Of a stretch of 64,000 bases of DNA, positions 1 to 9,692 are shown piece after piece. The stretch is from an uncultured Acidobacteriota bacterium. Lineage in GTDB: Bacteria > Acidobacteriota > Vicinamibacteria > Vicinamibacterales > 2-12-FULL-66-21. The stretch spans positions 166,334 through 230,333 of the forward strand of contig CAWARA010000015.1 in NCBI GenBank assembly GCA_963784195.1, given 5' to 3'. The notes beneath the pieces were generated by a model. That model had not been told where the DNA came from. It was given only the letters and a program-made list of their open reading frames with translations, and made no database searches. A program made the translations under genes and the position numbers. How positions within the stretch are numbered: position 1 is the stretch's first letter; each line of letters opens with the position of its first letter.

Positions 1-599
1 TCGGTCGGCACTTGATTCCGGAGCTGGCCGACGCCCTGAAAGCACAGGGCCTCCTGGAAAAGGACGCACAGTTCGCGACCGTCGATCAGCTGCTGGACGG
101 CTTGGAACGCACCTCGTCGCGCGTCGCGGCAACCATCAACACGCCACCGCTCGACGTGGCGGGACTTCGACACGAATGGCAGGCAATTCGAGAAGAAACC
201 CGACTCCTGCCGCCGGGCAGTCTTCCCTCGCGTGACACCATCAGCCACCTGTGGGCGCAGCTGAAGGCAGAATCCGCGAGGCAGAACAGGTCGATTTTCG
301 AAACATCGTCGGTGATGGCAGTATCAGCGGCGCGAGCCCTTCCAAGCGGCCTGCGTTGGCTCACCGCCTCGACACGGGTTGGCGCGATGCGCACCGGCGA
401 GGTGTTCGCGGCGTCGCTGCTGGATCATTACAAGCAGACTCTGAACGAGATACGTCAGGTCGGATACGTGACATATGCCGGCCGGCAGTTTCGACCATAC
501 GTCCGTGCGGCCGTCGCTCAGTTTTCGCCGAAGCGGCGCACGCTCACCGAACGCCTGTATGAGAAGCTCCAGGGCATCAGGTCAGCCGGGCGAGAATGA
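1..599 (+). CDS. Hypothetical protein, C-terminal part (probably begins upstream of the window)
   Basis: Protein-like ORF (…TPPLDVAGLRHEW…) at the window edge; no family motif recognised. Confidence 0.65.
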   Translation, partial: GRHLIPELADALKAQGLLEKDAQFATVDQLLDGLERTSSRVAATINTPPLDVAGLRHEWQAIREETRLLPPGSLPSRDTISHLWAQLKAESARQNRSIFETSSVMAVSAARALPSGLRWLTASTRVGAMRTGEVFAASLLDHYKQTLNEIRQVGYVTYAGRQFRPYVRAAVAQFSPKRRTLTERLYEKLQGIRSAGRE

Positions 600-619
600 C
601 CGCGAGACTCACCGGAGGG

Positions 620-1138
620 ATGCTCTTTCATATTAGCGAGGAGTCTGACATCGCCCGATTCGAGCCGCGCGCGTCAGAATTCGCCACCGGCCTGGTTGTC
701 TGGGCGATCGACGAAGGTCGCCTGTGCAACTACCTGGTGCCGCGCGACTGCCCGCGGGTGACCTACTACGCCGGGGCTGACACCACTGCGACTGACGTGG
801 ATCGGTTTCTGGGCTCGAGTCCCGCGGTTGTCGCGATCGAGAGTGGCTGGCTGGAACGCGTACGGTCGACCTGGCTCTATTGCTACCACATGCCGACGGA
901 GACCTTCGAGTGCCTTGACGCATGTGCCGGTTACTTCGTGAGTCGAGTGCCGGTTATCCCTTCACGCGTCGAGGTCTTTCAGGACCCACTCGCTGAGTTA
1001 CTGGGGCGTGGGGTCGAGTTGCGAGTCATTCCGAATCTCTGGTCCTTGCGCGATGCTGTGGTTGCATCGAGCTTGCAGTTCTCGCTCATTCGCATGCGGA
1101 ACGCGGCGCCGGATTGCCGGTCCGTCTCTGGTAGGTGA
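620..1138 (+). CDS. DUF6886-like conserved hypothetical protein
   Basis: MLFHISEE-x-DIARFEPR…WAIDE…NYLVPRDCPRV motifs; GGAGG immediately upstream of ATG 620. Confidence 0.7.
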   Translation: MLFHISEESDIARFEPRASEFATGLVVWAIDEGRLCNYLVPRDCPRVTYYAGADTTATDVDRFLGSSPAVVAIESGWLERVRSTWLYCYHMPTETFECLDACAGYFVSRVPVIPSRVEVFQDPLAELLGRGVELRVIPNLWSLRDAVVASSLQFSLIRMRNAAPDCRSVSGR

Positions 1139-1259
1139 TGCGCAGCAGTGAACCAGCAGGCTCAGATCTCGCGACAGAGGAGGCCAGGATGAAAGGCCAA
1201 CTTAGGAAGGCTTGGGGATCGTCTAAGCGGTGGCTCGTGACGACCTGAACACGCGATAG

Positions 1260-2003
1260 ATGTCTGAATGGGCCCGCGAGTATTTCGAGCTCGGCTATGC
1301 CCAACGGTGGGGGCTCCCGCCCGTAACGGACAGGATCCGGCGGGAGGCGAGCGGCCTCTGGGGTCACCTCCAATTACATCCGGGTTCGCGTGTCGTCGAC
1401 CTAGGTTGCGGCCACGGGCGGCATGCGCTCGCACTGGCGGAACGAGGCGCGGATGTTGTTGGCGTTGATTCTGCGGTCGCGCTCCTGAGGCGGGCGCAGC
1501 GCCTCAGTTCGGAACTTCGCGTTGATGCTCATTGGGTTCGAGGCGACATGCGCCGCCTGCCCCTTATGTCGGTATCCTGTGCCGCTGCCATCTCGATCGA
1601 TGCCTTCGGCTTCTTTGAAGCGGAGGAGGAAAACGGACGTGTATTGGCCGAAGCCGCCCGCGCCCTGGTGCCCGGTGGGCGCCTCGGGCTGAAGGTCGTG
1701 AATGGAAGCGCGATTCTCGCCAATTTTCGCACCCACGCTCGTGAGGAGCGGGAAGGCACCGTGGTGACAATTTCGCGGACGCTGACGCTGGAGCCAGCAC
1801 GTATGATCGAACGAATTGAGGTGACTGGTTCGAGCCAGAGCGGCCGTTACACGCGGCACCAGCGGCTCTATCGGCCTGAGGAACTGTGTACGGTCGTGGA
1901 GCGTGCTGGTCTTTCCGTCGCAGGTGTTTTCGGGGACGCGCTCGGCGCAGCGTTCGAACCGGCGAGTTCTCCAACGATATGGATGATCGGGCAGAGGGAG
2001 TAA
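1260..2003 (+). CDS. Class I SAM-dependent methyltransferase
   Basis: VVDLGCGHGRH motif I, VVGVDS, RGDMRRLP, LVPGGRL. Confidence 0.9.
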   Translation: MSEWAREYFELGYAQRWGLPPVTDRIRREASGLWGHLQLHPGSRVVDLGCGHGRHALALAERGADVVGVDSAVALLRRAQRLSSELRVDAHWVRGDMRRLPLMSVSCAAAISIDAFGFFEAEEENGRVLAEAARALVPGGRLGLKVVNGSAILANFRTHAREEREGTVVTISRTLTLEPARMIERIEVTGSSQSGRYTRHQRLYRPEELCTVVERAGLSVAGVFGDALGAAFEPASSPTIWMIGQRE

Positions 2004-2851
2004 TGCGAACCTTTCTCGCGGCGCTCCACGTCGTCCTCTTCGCCGCTCTGTGCCTCGTGCTACCTGTTGCCGCGCAACAAAAGCCCTCTCCATCGACGCC
2101 GTCCCCTGAGCAGCTGAAGACGTACGAGACGTTTCGCGCGTGGTTCTCGAAGCAGCCCGCGGACGTGCAGAAGGCGACTGATGTCGTCGTATTCCAACGG
2201 TATGCGGCGGAGCTGCGATCGCAGGGGATGGGGGACAAGGAAGTCGCTGGCACCATCGAATTACTGATGAAGCTTGGTGACCGCGCGGAGGTGGAGTTCT
2301 GGAATCGGGTTTTGACCTCCCCGAAGCCGATGTTCAACACGGCGCCGAACGCGTTCCTGGCCGAGATGATCAAAGGCGTGAAACCCGGCCGTGCGCTGGA
2401 CGTCGGCATGGGACAGGGACGCAACACGATATACCTCGCTCAGCGGGGATGGGAGTCGGTGGGATTCGATCCCGCAGAGCGGGCGGTGGCGGTGGCGCAG
2501 GAGCAGGCGACCAAGATCGGCGTCAAGATCACGACGCATATCGCGCGAGTGGAGGACTTCGACTGGGGAGACGCCTCGTGGGACCTCATCGTCCTCAGCT
2601 ACGTCGGTGGCCGCGACTTCGCCGGAAAGGTCATGCGCGCGCTGCGCCCGGGCGGCATGGTCGTCGTCGAGGCCTTTCATCGCGATGCGACCAAGACACG
2701 ATTGATCGGACCGGCGGTCGTATTCGACACCAACGAACTGCTGCAGCTGTTTCCCGGCCTGCGGGTTCTTCGGTACGAGGACACGAATGCCGTAGGCGAC
2801 TTCGGCATGTCAGACACTCGAGTGGTGAGGCTGGCCGCGGTGAAGCCTTGA
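2003..2851 (+). CDS. Class I SAM-dependent methyltransferase with N-terminal signal peptide
   Basis: ATG overlaps upstream TAA; MRTFLAALHVVLFAALCLVLPVAA signal; ALDVGMGQGRN, ALRPGG. Confidence 0.85.
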   Translation: MRTFLAALHVVLFAALCLVLPVAAQQKPSPSTPSPEQLKTYETFRAWFSKQPADVQKATDVVVFQRYAAELRSQGMGDKEVAGTIELLMKLGDRAEVEFWNRVLTSPKPMFNTAPNAFLAEMIKGVKPGRALDVGMGQGRNTIYLAQRGWESVGFDPAERAVAVAQEQATKIGVKITTHIARVEDFDWGDASWDLIVLSYVGGRDFAGKVMRALRPGGMVVVEAFHRDATKTRLIGPAVVFDTNELLQLFPGLRVLRYEDTNAVGDFGMSDTRVVRLAAVKP

Positions 2852-2865
2852 AACACCGGTCACCG

Positions 2866-5800
2866 ATGCTTGCGCAATTGCGGTTCAGCTTTCTGCTTCC
2901 ACTCCTCGCGTGGATATGTGCCTCCCCTGAAGGCGCACAAAGGCCTGCTCTCGATTCTGCGAAGACCGCGACCCTTCGGGTAAGTGAGGGAACGAATCTC
3001 GGATTCGACCTTTCCCCTGACGAGCAGTCGATCACGTTCGACCTGCTCGGCCAGCTCTGGCTGATCCCAGCGTCGGGTGGCGTAGCGCGCCCCATTACGG
3101 ACGCGGTGCGCGACACCGCCGAGGACCTCGATCCTTCCTTCGCGCCGGATGGCCGGCGAGTGATCTTTCGGGCGGAGCGAAATGGTCGCACCGGCCTCTG
3201 GCTCATGGATATCGAGACCGGAGTGCCGCGCCAGCTCACGCAGGTGCCGAATCCGACGGGCTACGAGGGGAACGCCGCGTGGTCGCCAGATGGTCGGGTC
3301 GTGGCGTTCGCGCGCGGGTTCCCGGACTTCGCCGCCAAACGCCTGCGTAGCGACCTCATGATCCTGGACGTTGACTCCGGAAGCTTGCGTGAGGTCTCCA
3401 TCGCGGGCCTTCCGACGCCAGCGGTGGCTGACCCCTGCTGGTCGCGAAACGGTAAGCGGATCGCATTTGTCGCGCGCGATGCGCGCGGCGAGGAGGGCGG
3501 ACGGGTCTGGATCGTCGATGCATCCGGTGGCCAGGCGAGTCCGCTCACGGACGACTCCGTTCGGGCACGCGCTCCCGTGCTCTCGCCCGATGGCCGGCGC
3601 ATGGCGTATTTCGCTCACGATTCCGCCGGTCGCATGCAGGTCTGGGTGCAGGAGATCGCCGGCGTCAACGATGCTGACCGCCCGCCAATCCGGTTGACGG
3701 ATCACACCGACGTCACACCCACGCGGATCCGCTGGTTTCGGGACGGAAGCGCGGTCTTGTACTCTGCCGACGGCCGGTTGTGGACGGTTGCTGCATCCGG
3801 CGGCCAACGCTCGGAGATTCGCTTCAGCGCCAGGCTGTCACTCGACCTCCCGAGTCGCGTGCTCCCACCTGCCCGGTTTCCCGAACCGGGTCGACCGGAG
3901 CCTGCGCGGGGTTTCATGGGGCTGGCGCTCTCGCCTGATGGACAACGGATTGGAGTGCTCGCCCTTGGCAAGCTGTGGATCATTCCCGTCGGAGGAAGTC
4001 CACGCGCAGTTGCGGATGTGCCGTTCGACGCTACGTCGCTCGGGTGGTCGCCTGACGGCGACGAAGTCGCATGGTCAGCCGGGATCGCGGATCAGCAGGA
4101 TCTGTTTGCGATCGATCTGAAGACTGGCGAGACGCGGCGAATCACTGCGCTGCCCGGTCGGGAGGCCTATCCCTCGTATTCTCCCGATGGCCGCCACCTC
4201 GCGTTCGTGCACGCGCAAGGTGACGGCATGCTGCGCGTGGTGGATGCGCGTGCCAGGAACGTCACCGATGCCGCTCAGACCCGCGGCCTCGGCTCGATCG
4301 GTGTCGACTGGACGAGTCCCCCGCAATGGAGTCCGGAATCGGACGGGCTGCTCGTGACGGGCGCAGCAAGTCCGAACGAGCCGACCAGCGCGACATTCGT
4401 GCCGCTGTCAGGCCAGCGGCAGACGCTCACGCGCTTTCCAGATGCGCCGATCTTTCTGCACTGGACGCCGAACGGAATCGTATTCGTTCGGCACGACCGG
4501 CTCTGGCACGCGTCCTTCGATCGCACAGGGGTACTATCCGACCCGAAGCCGATTGGACGTGACGCGGCGCTTTACGTGTCGGCATCGCGCAACGGCACGC
4601 TGCTCTTCGTCTCCGGCGGAGGATTGCGGGTGCGCTCGCCCGATGGCGTGGAGCAGAGGATAGGCTGGCCGATTTCCTATACACCACCCGTCGCAGAACC
4701 AACGCTGATCCGGAACGCGCGGATCGTTGACGGCACCGGCGGACCGTTGACGGCTCCGCGCGACATTCTGATCGAGCGCGGACGGATCTCACGGATTGGT
4801 CCCGCGGGCAGCCTTTCCACCGAAGGCGTGCACACGATCGACGCCGCAGGCCGCGTCGCGATCCCTGGGCTGATCGATCTGCACGCCCACGTTTATCGGC
4901 CATATCTGCTCCCAGGGTTCTTGTATTTCGGTATCACATCGGTGCGCGATCAAGGGGCTTCGATGGCTCCTCTTGTAGCTTATTCAGATGCATTCGCTGC
5001 GGGCGCGCTTCCAGGCCCCCGAGTCGGCTACGGTGGCTTTCAGTTCTATAGCGACTGGCCGCTCGATGATGAGCAGGGGCGCGGGATCGAGCCGGAGGCG
5101 GATCCTGACCATGTCCTGCGAGCCGTAACGTTGGCCGAGGCGTTCGGTGCGCAGCACATCAAGACGCGAACGTTCAGGCGCTGGGACATCAATGCCCGCA
5201 TGATCGCAGAGGCCCATCGCCGCGGGATGCGCGCGACCGGGCATTGCGCGCACCAGTTGCCGCTGATCGCGGCCGGCATGGGCGCGAAGGAACATATCGG
5301 CCTCTGTGAGACACGCGGCGACACCTATCTGTACGACGATCTGATTCAACTGTTTCGAGCCGCCAACATCGGTGTCGTGCCCACGATCACCTATGTGGAC
5401 TTCGCGGTGCGGCTCAACGAGCGGCCGGCGCTGATCGACGACGATGAGGAGCTTGCCCGGTTTCTGCCGGAACGGGAGGCTTTTGCCTGGATGCTCAAAC
5501 TCAGCCAGGCCGCCCGCCAGGAATGGGCCGAGGACGTCAAGCGTGCCCGCGAAGCAACCGCGAAATTGTCACGTGCCGGCGTGACCATCGGCACCGGAAC
5601 CGACATCTGGCAGGTTCCGACGGGCGTCCACATGGAACTGGAGCAGTTGGTCGCCGCGGGTTTGACTCCCGCGCAGGCGATTCGGGCCGCCACAGCCGAT
5701 GCCGCACGGATACTGGGTGCGGACAAGGATCTCGGCACGATCGAGGCGGGAAAATGGGCCGATCTGGTGCTCCTGGACGCCGATCCGCTGGTCGATATCC

Positions 5801-5886
5801 GCAACACGCGACGGATCTGGCGCGTGGTGCACGATGGCCGGGTGGTTGATCGAACAGCCATACTCGCGTCGGTCAAACCACGATAG
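2866..5886 (+). CDS. Exported amidohydrolase with TolB-like (PD40) beta-propeller repeats
   Basis: Signal MLAQLRFSFLL…; repeated P-x-(W/F)SPDG; PGLIDLHAH, GTD, GTIEAGKWADLVLLD. Confidence 0.9.
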   Translation: MLAQLRFSFLLPLLAWICASPEGAQRPALDSAKTATLRVSEGTNLGFDLSPDEQSITFDLLGQLWLIPASGGVARPITDAVRDTAEDLDPSFAPDGRRVIFRAERNGRTGLWLMDIETGVPRQLTQVPNPTGYEGNAAWSPDGRVVAFARGFPDFAAKRLRSDLMILDVDSGSLREVSIAGLPTPAVADPCWSRNGKRIAFVARDARGEEGGRVWIVDASGGQASPLTDDSVRARAPVLSPDGRRMAYFAHDSAGRMQVWVQEIAGVNDADRPPIRLTDHTDVTPTRIRWFRDGSAVLYSADGRLWTVAASGGQRSEIRFSARLSLDLPSRVLPPARFPEPGRPEPARGFMGLALSPDGQRIGVLALGKLWIIPVGGSPRAVADVPFDATSLGWSPDGDEVAWSAGIADQQDLFAIDLKTGETRRITALPGREAYPSYSPDGRHLAFVHAQGDGMLRVVDARARNVTDAAQTRGLGSIGVDWTSPPQWSPESDGLLVTGAASPNEPTSATFVPLSGQRQTLTRFPDAPIFLHWTPNGIVFVRHDRLWHASFDRTGVLSDPKPIGRDAALYVSASRNGTLLFVSGGGLRVRSPDGVEQRIGWPISYTPPVAEPTLIRNARIVDGTGGPLTAPRDILIERGRISRIGPAGSLSTEGVHTIDAAGRVAIPGLIDLHAHVYRPYLLPGFLYFGITSVRDQGASMAPLVAYSDAFAAGALPGPRVGYGGFQFYSDWPLDDEQGRGIEPEADPDHVLRAVTLAEAFGAQHIKTRTFRRWDINARMIAEAHRRGMRATGHCAHQLPLIAAGMGAKEHIGLCETRGDTYLYDDLIQLFRAANIGVVPTITYVDFAVRLNERPALIDDDEELARFLPEREAFAWMLKLSQAARQEWAEDVKRAREATAKLSRAGVTIGTGTDIWQVPTGVHMELEQLVAAGLTPAQAIRAATADAARILGADKDLGTIEAGKWADLVLLDADPLVDIRNTRRIWRVVHDGRVVDRTAILASVKPR

Positions 5887-5960
5887 AGTGAAGATCGCCA
5901 CGGGAACATCGCCGTTGTCGCGGTGTCAGATCCCATCAGGGTCTAACTCCGAGGTGTCAT

Positions 5961-6131
5961 GTGACTGCACACACTCTGACCAATGAGGGAGGCAGGCGCG
6001 CCACGGTCCGTCGAAGGGGCCGGAATGGACTGCTTCAGCTGGGCTGGTGGCATTTCTGGTTCCTGATCAGCATCCTCGGTGGGATGCTTGCGCTGGCGGC
6101 AATGGTTTTCTTCATCGATTTCTTGTACTGA
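5961..6131 (+). CDS. Small (56 aa) membrane protein, missing from the ORF track
   Basis: GAGGTG SD then GTG; basic patch followed by hydrophobic WWHFWFLISILGGMLALAAMVFFIDFLY*. Confidence 0.55.
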   Translation: MTAHTLTNEGGRRATVRRRGRNGLLQLGWWHFWFLISILGGMLALAAMVFFIDFLY

Positions 6132-6197
6132 CACGGTCAGCTTCTGCTCTGCCCTCTGCTTCTGCCAGCGGCATGTCGGCTCGGAGTGGGGTGAGCC

Positions 6198-6866
6198 ATG
6201 TTCGTCGGACACTACGGCCCCAGCTTCCTGGCGAAACGCCTCGCCCCACAGATTCCGCTGTGGATTCTCTTTATTGCTGTCCAGCTCCTCGACGTGTTTT
6301 GGTCGATCTTCGTCTTCCTTGGGATTGAGCGCGTCAGGATCGTTCCCGGGTTCACGAAGACGAACGCGTTGGATCTCTATTACATGCCGTACACGCACAG
6401 TCTTCCCGGCGCCCTGGGCTGGGCTGTGGCAGCGGCAGTAGTCTGGCGGCTGATTGCGGGCCCGCGAGGGGGCGCCGCGTTGGTCGGGGCAGCAGTGTTT
6501 TCCCACTGGCCGCTCGATCTGATCGTTCACCGGCCGGACCTCGCGCTCTACGATGACGCAGCCAAGGTGGGCCTGGGATTGTGGGACTACCCGTACGTAA
6601 CGCTCGTCGTCGAGGCGGCCTTGCTCCTCGGGGCGATGGCAGTCTACCTGGCGGCATCGCGGCCGCTCACCAGTCGGGCGCGCTACGCGATGCCAGCGTT
6701 TGGCGTGGCGATTCTCCTGATGCAGGCGGGCATGGCTTTCGGTCCGCCACCGCCATCGGACCGCGCCATGGCCGCAACCGCGCTGACCGCCTACACCTTG
6801 ATCGCCGCATCGATCGCGTGGCTCGAGCGTGGCAGGACCGCTGAAGCAGGGACGCTCCGCTCTTGA
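6198..6866 (+). CDS. Membrane protein, metal-dependent hydrolase-like
   Basis: MFVGH, QLLDV, YTHSL, SHWPLDLIVH motifs; multiple TM segments. Confidence 0.75.
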   Translation: MFVGHYGPSFLAKRLAPQIPLWILFIAVQLLDVFWSIFVFLGIERVRIVPGFTKTNALDLYYMPYTHSLPGALGWAVAAAVVWRLIAGPRGGAALVGAAVFSHWPLDLIVHRPDLALYDDAAKVGLGLWDYPYVTLVVEAALLLGAMAVYLAASRPLTSRARYAMPAFGVAILLMQAGMAFGPPPPSDRAMAATALTAYTLIAASIAWLERGRTAEAGTLRS

Positions 6867-6898
6867 CACGCCGTTCACATGCTAGGGTAGTGACGCTT

Positions 6899-7339
6899 AT
6901 GGTTCATCTCGTTGGCGGCCTGGCACTCCTTCTGTGCGCCCTGTTCACCGGAGCCGCAATCTACATCAACGTCGCCGAGCATCCCGCCAGACTGTCGTGT
7001 GGGACCGAGGCCGCTGCTCGCCAATGGATACCCAGCTACAAGCGCGCTGCGAAAATGCAAGCCACGCTGGCCATTTCTGCGGCAGTGACGGGAGTCGTCA
7101 CGTGGCTCCACGGAGAGGGGATCGCGTGGTTGTGGGGCGGGCTCCTGATTCTCGCGGTCGTGCCCTTTACGCTCGCGATCATCAAGCCGACGAACGACCG
7201 CTTGCTGGCTCCAGGTCGGGACCTGGCCTCCGCCGAGACCCGGCAGTTGCTTGAACGGTGGGGCCGGTTGCACGCTGTCCGCAGTGTCCTCGGCCTCGCC
7301 GCGTCGCTCGTGTACGTCTATGGCGTCATGAACCTATAG
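6899..7339 (+). CDS. DUF1772 / anthrone oxygenase-like membrane protein
   Basis: VAEHPAR, PFTL…PTNDRLL, WGRLHAVRS; 4 TM segments. Confidence 0.8.
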   Translation: MVHLVGGLALLLCALFTGAAIYINVAEHPARLSCGTEAAARQWIPSYKRAAKMQATLAISAAVTGVVTWLHGEGIAWLWGGLLILAVVPFTLAIIKPTNDRLLAPGRDLASAETRQLLERWGRLHAVRSVLGLAASLVYVYGVMNL

Positions 7340-7520
7340 GCCACGCGCTTCGCAGCCATCCCGTTCCCCTAGCTCCCGCGACGGAACGAGCTCCTTCGTG
7401 TCCGCCGGAGTGCGGCGTAAGCGAATCGTCCTGAAATACGGGCCTCCCTGTCGAGCGGCCGCAATGGGCGTTTTACCCGCATGCTAGAATCCCGCTGCGC
7501 AACAGCTACTGAGGAGCGAC

Positions 7521-8601
7521 ATGTCTGTGCTGGTCTCACGGCTGACGATAGCGACGGCCGTTACCTGGCTGGCCACTTCTCTGACCCTGCCTGCAGCGAT
7601 CTTCGCTCAGACTGCACCCCAACAGACCGACACCACGCGTGGCCTCCGCATCCAGTGGGCCGACGGAAGGAGCACCACCACACCGCTGCGGCCGTCGGGC
7701 GGCATGTGGACCGGGGTTTTTCCGAGAATCAAGGGCGCCGACACGTCGAGAAACGGCTCGCCGCTCATTCGGATTGACTTGAGATATGTCGTCGACGCCC
7801 CCGACGTCGTCGTAACCGTCATGCTCGTGTATGGACGGACCAACAGCAGCGAGGTAAAGGTTGCGATCGTTCGAGTCTCGTCCGACGCGCCGGTCGAGGT
7901 GAGCGCTCTGCGCGACTATGGCGTCGAGCCGATCGTGTTATCCCTCGTGCCGATCCCAGTCGCGGTGACCTTTTCGCCGAATGTGATCAGCGCCTCGGCG
8001 CAACTGGTGGCGCGTGCTGAACCGGTCGGATCGAACGCAGCGGCCTATCGACTGATCATCAGCAACCAGTCTTCTCACGGGCTGATGTGGTTTCAATTCA
8101 AAGCCTATCGCGGCGCAAAACCGATCTCTGGCCGCCCGAGGGGGCGTCGTAATCTCCCACTCGTGCTGCCGAACGCCGAGTACACCTTCGAGCTTGCGGC
8201 TGGCACCGGATTCGCGCCGGAGCGCCTCTGAGGATTCGTTCCAACCGGTCGATCGGATCGAAATTACTTCCGTCATGTGGCAGGATGGCCTCGTCGAGGG
8301 GGACCCTGAGCCAGCCGAGCAACACGCTCGGTCCGACAGCGCCAAGGCATCGCAGCTCAGGACAGTGCTGACTGCGTTGCGCACCTCACGCGACAGTCCG
8401 ACCACACTTCGTTCCCAGATCGAGCGCTTGTCGACTCCAGATCTCGAGGTGCAGCAGTTCAGAGCCGCCTTGCTTGCAGACCTCGATGCCCTCGAGCGCA
8501 CGCAGCGTTCCACGAACGATCAGGACTTCGAGACGTGGTTGGCGCAGAACATCACCGAATGCCGGCAGTGGCTGGACCGGATCGTCCTGCCCAAGTCCTG
8601 A
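7521..8601 (+). CDS. Exported hypothetical protein, split by one +1 frameshift near 8200
   Basis: GAGGAG SD and signal peptide; ORFs 7521..8231 and 8194..8601 overlap and read as one protein. Confidence 0.6.
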
Positions 8602-8636
8602 CCGAAGCCAACTGCGCCTGCGCTCCATGGAACGGC

Positions 8637-8765
8637 GGACGTGCGGACGTGCTAACGTGCGGGCGTGCTAACGTGCTGACGTCCTGACGTGCATCGCACC
8701 AGGCACGTTGCACGTCGCACGTGACAAGCAGCACGTCGGCCGTAGCACGTCGCACTTAGCACGTA
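8637..8765. repeat. Inverted pair of short tandem arrays: (nnACGTGC)x7 then (GCACGTn)x~7
   Basis: Read directly; intergenic; 8-nt period on the left arm, 7-nt period on the right. Confidence 0.9.
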
Positions 8766-8770
8766 GCCTG

Positions 8771-9178
8771 ATGAAGCCCATGGCTCATGTCATTTCATTC
8801 AAGACGGCGAGATTCGACGCGTCGAAGGAACCGCCGAACCGGATCAACCCGATCGCCGGCCAAAGTGTCCTCGTGTGGCTTCGACAGGAATTGTTATCGG
8901 CCGGGTATAAGTCGACTGAACCGGACACGGAGGATTGGGGCTGGTATGTCGATGTCGAAGGTGGAGGCGCATCGTATCTTGTCGGCGCAAGCGGTGACGC
9001 GGAAGCGTCGACGGCGGACATCGAGTGGACCCTCCAGATCGACAAGGTGCGTTCGATGAAAGACCGGCTTCTGGGCCGGAACAAGATGGCTTCGGATGAT
9101 CCGCTGTCAGCGCTCGTCGAGAGCCTCATCCGCGCAGACAGCAGGATTGAAGAGATCTCGGTCGATAGGGACGGCTAA
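8771..9178 (+). CDS. Conserved hypothetical protein
   Basis: INPIAG…WL…EDWGWY motif; clean ORF after the repeat array. Confidence 0.7.
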   Translation: MKPMAHVISFKTARFDASKEPPNRINPIAGQSVLVWLRQELLSAGYKSTEPDTEDWGWYVDVEGGGASYLVGASGDAEASTADIEWTLQIDKVRSMKDRLLGRNKMASDDPLSALVESLIRADSRIEEISVDRDG

Positions 9179-9313
9179 CGACATCGGCGGCGTTCCGGAT
9201 CTCGCGGTATAACATCCGTGTTTCCTGATCCGGTTTGTGACGAGATCGAGAAACGGCTGTGAGGGAGCAGTTGTCTCACGCTTGCGCGTCAGCACGGCCC
9301 GACGAACTCCCGG

Positions 9314-9388
9314 AACGATCGCGACGGCCACGACGATCACGACGCCGGAAACAGTGACGTCGCGAGCGTTGCGGCCGTCGCGATCGTT
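9314..9388. repeat. Palindromic element with perfect 16-bp arms (AACGATCGCGACGGCC…GGCCGTCGCGATCGTT)
   Basis: Arms at 9314-9329 and 9373-9388; second copy at 19181. Confidence 0.9.
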
Positions 9389-9416
9389 GCTAGCGCCGTC
9401 AGGTCGTCGCAAATCG

Positions 9417-9644
9417 AGTGACGCGGGAATCTACCTGTCCGAGGGCGACCAGGGCCAACCTGGAACCTGGGTGTGGATTGGCGTCAGCGACGTTGAGGCC
9501 TTGCACGAAGAGCTCAAGGCGAAGGGTGCCACGATCCTCCATCCTCCGGAGAGTTTTCCATGGGCGTGCGAGATGAAGGTCGCCGACCCCGACGGGCACG
9601 TGCTGCGCTTCGGGTCGGATCCGCTCGAAGATTCTGGGTCGTGA
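9417..9644 (+). pseudogene. 5'-truncated VOC/glyoxalase-bleomycin resistance family gene
   Basis: C-terminal half only (WVWIGVSDVEALHEEL…PWACEMKVADPDGHVLRFG); in-frame upstream sequence is repeat-derived. Confidence 0.65.
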
Positions 9645-9692
9645 GCACCATGTGGCCCTGCACGATGCTCCGACAGAGGCGAAGCGACGACG

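Noticed and set aside
2449..2865. 139-aa N-terminal extension of the 1145-aa ORF
   Set aside because: Overlaps the methyltransferase out of frame; the signal peptide starts at 2866
8637..8765. CRISPR array
   Set aside because: Units are 7-8 nt without unique spacers; no cas genes
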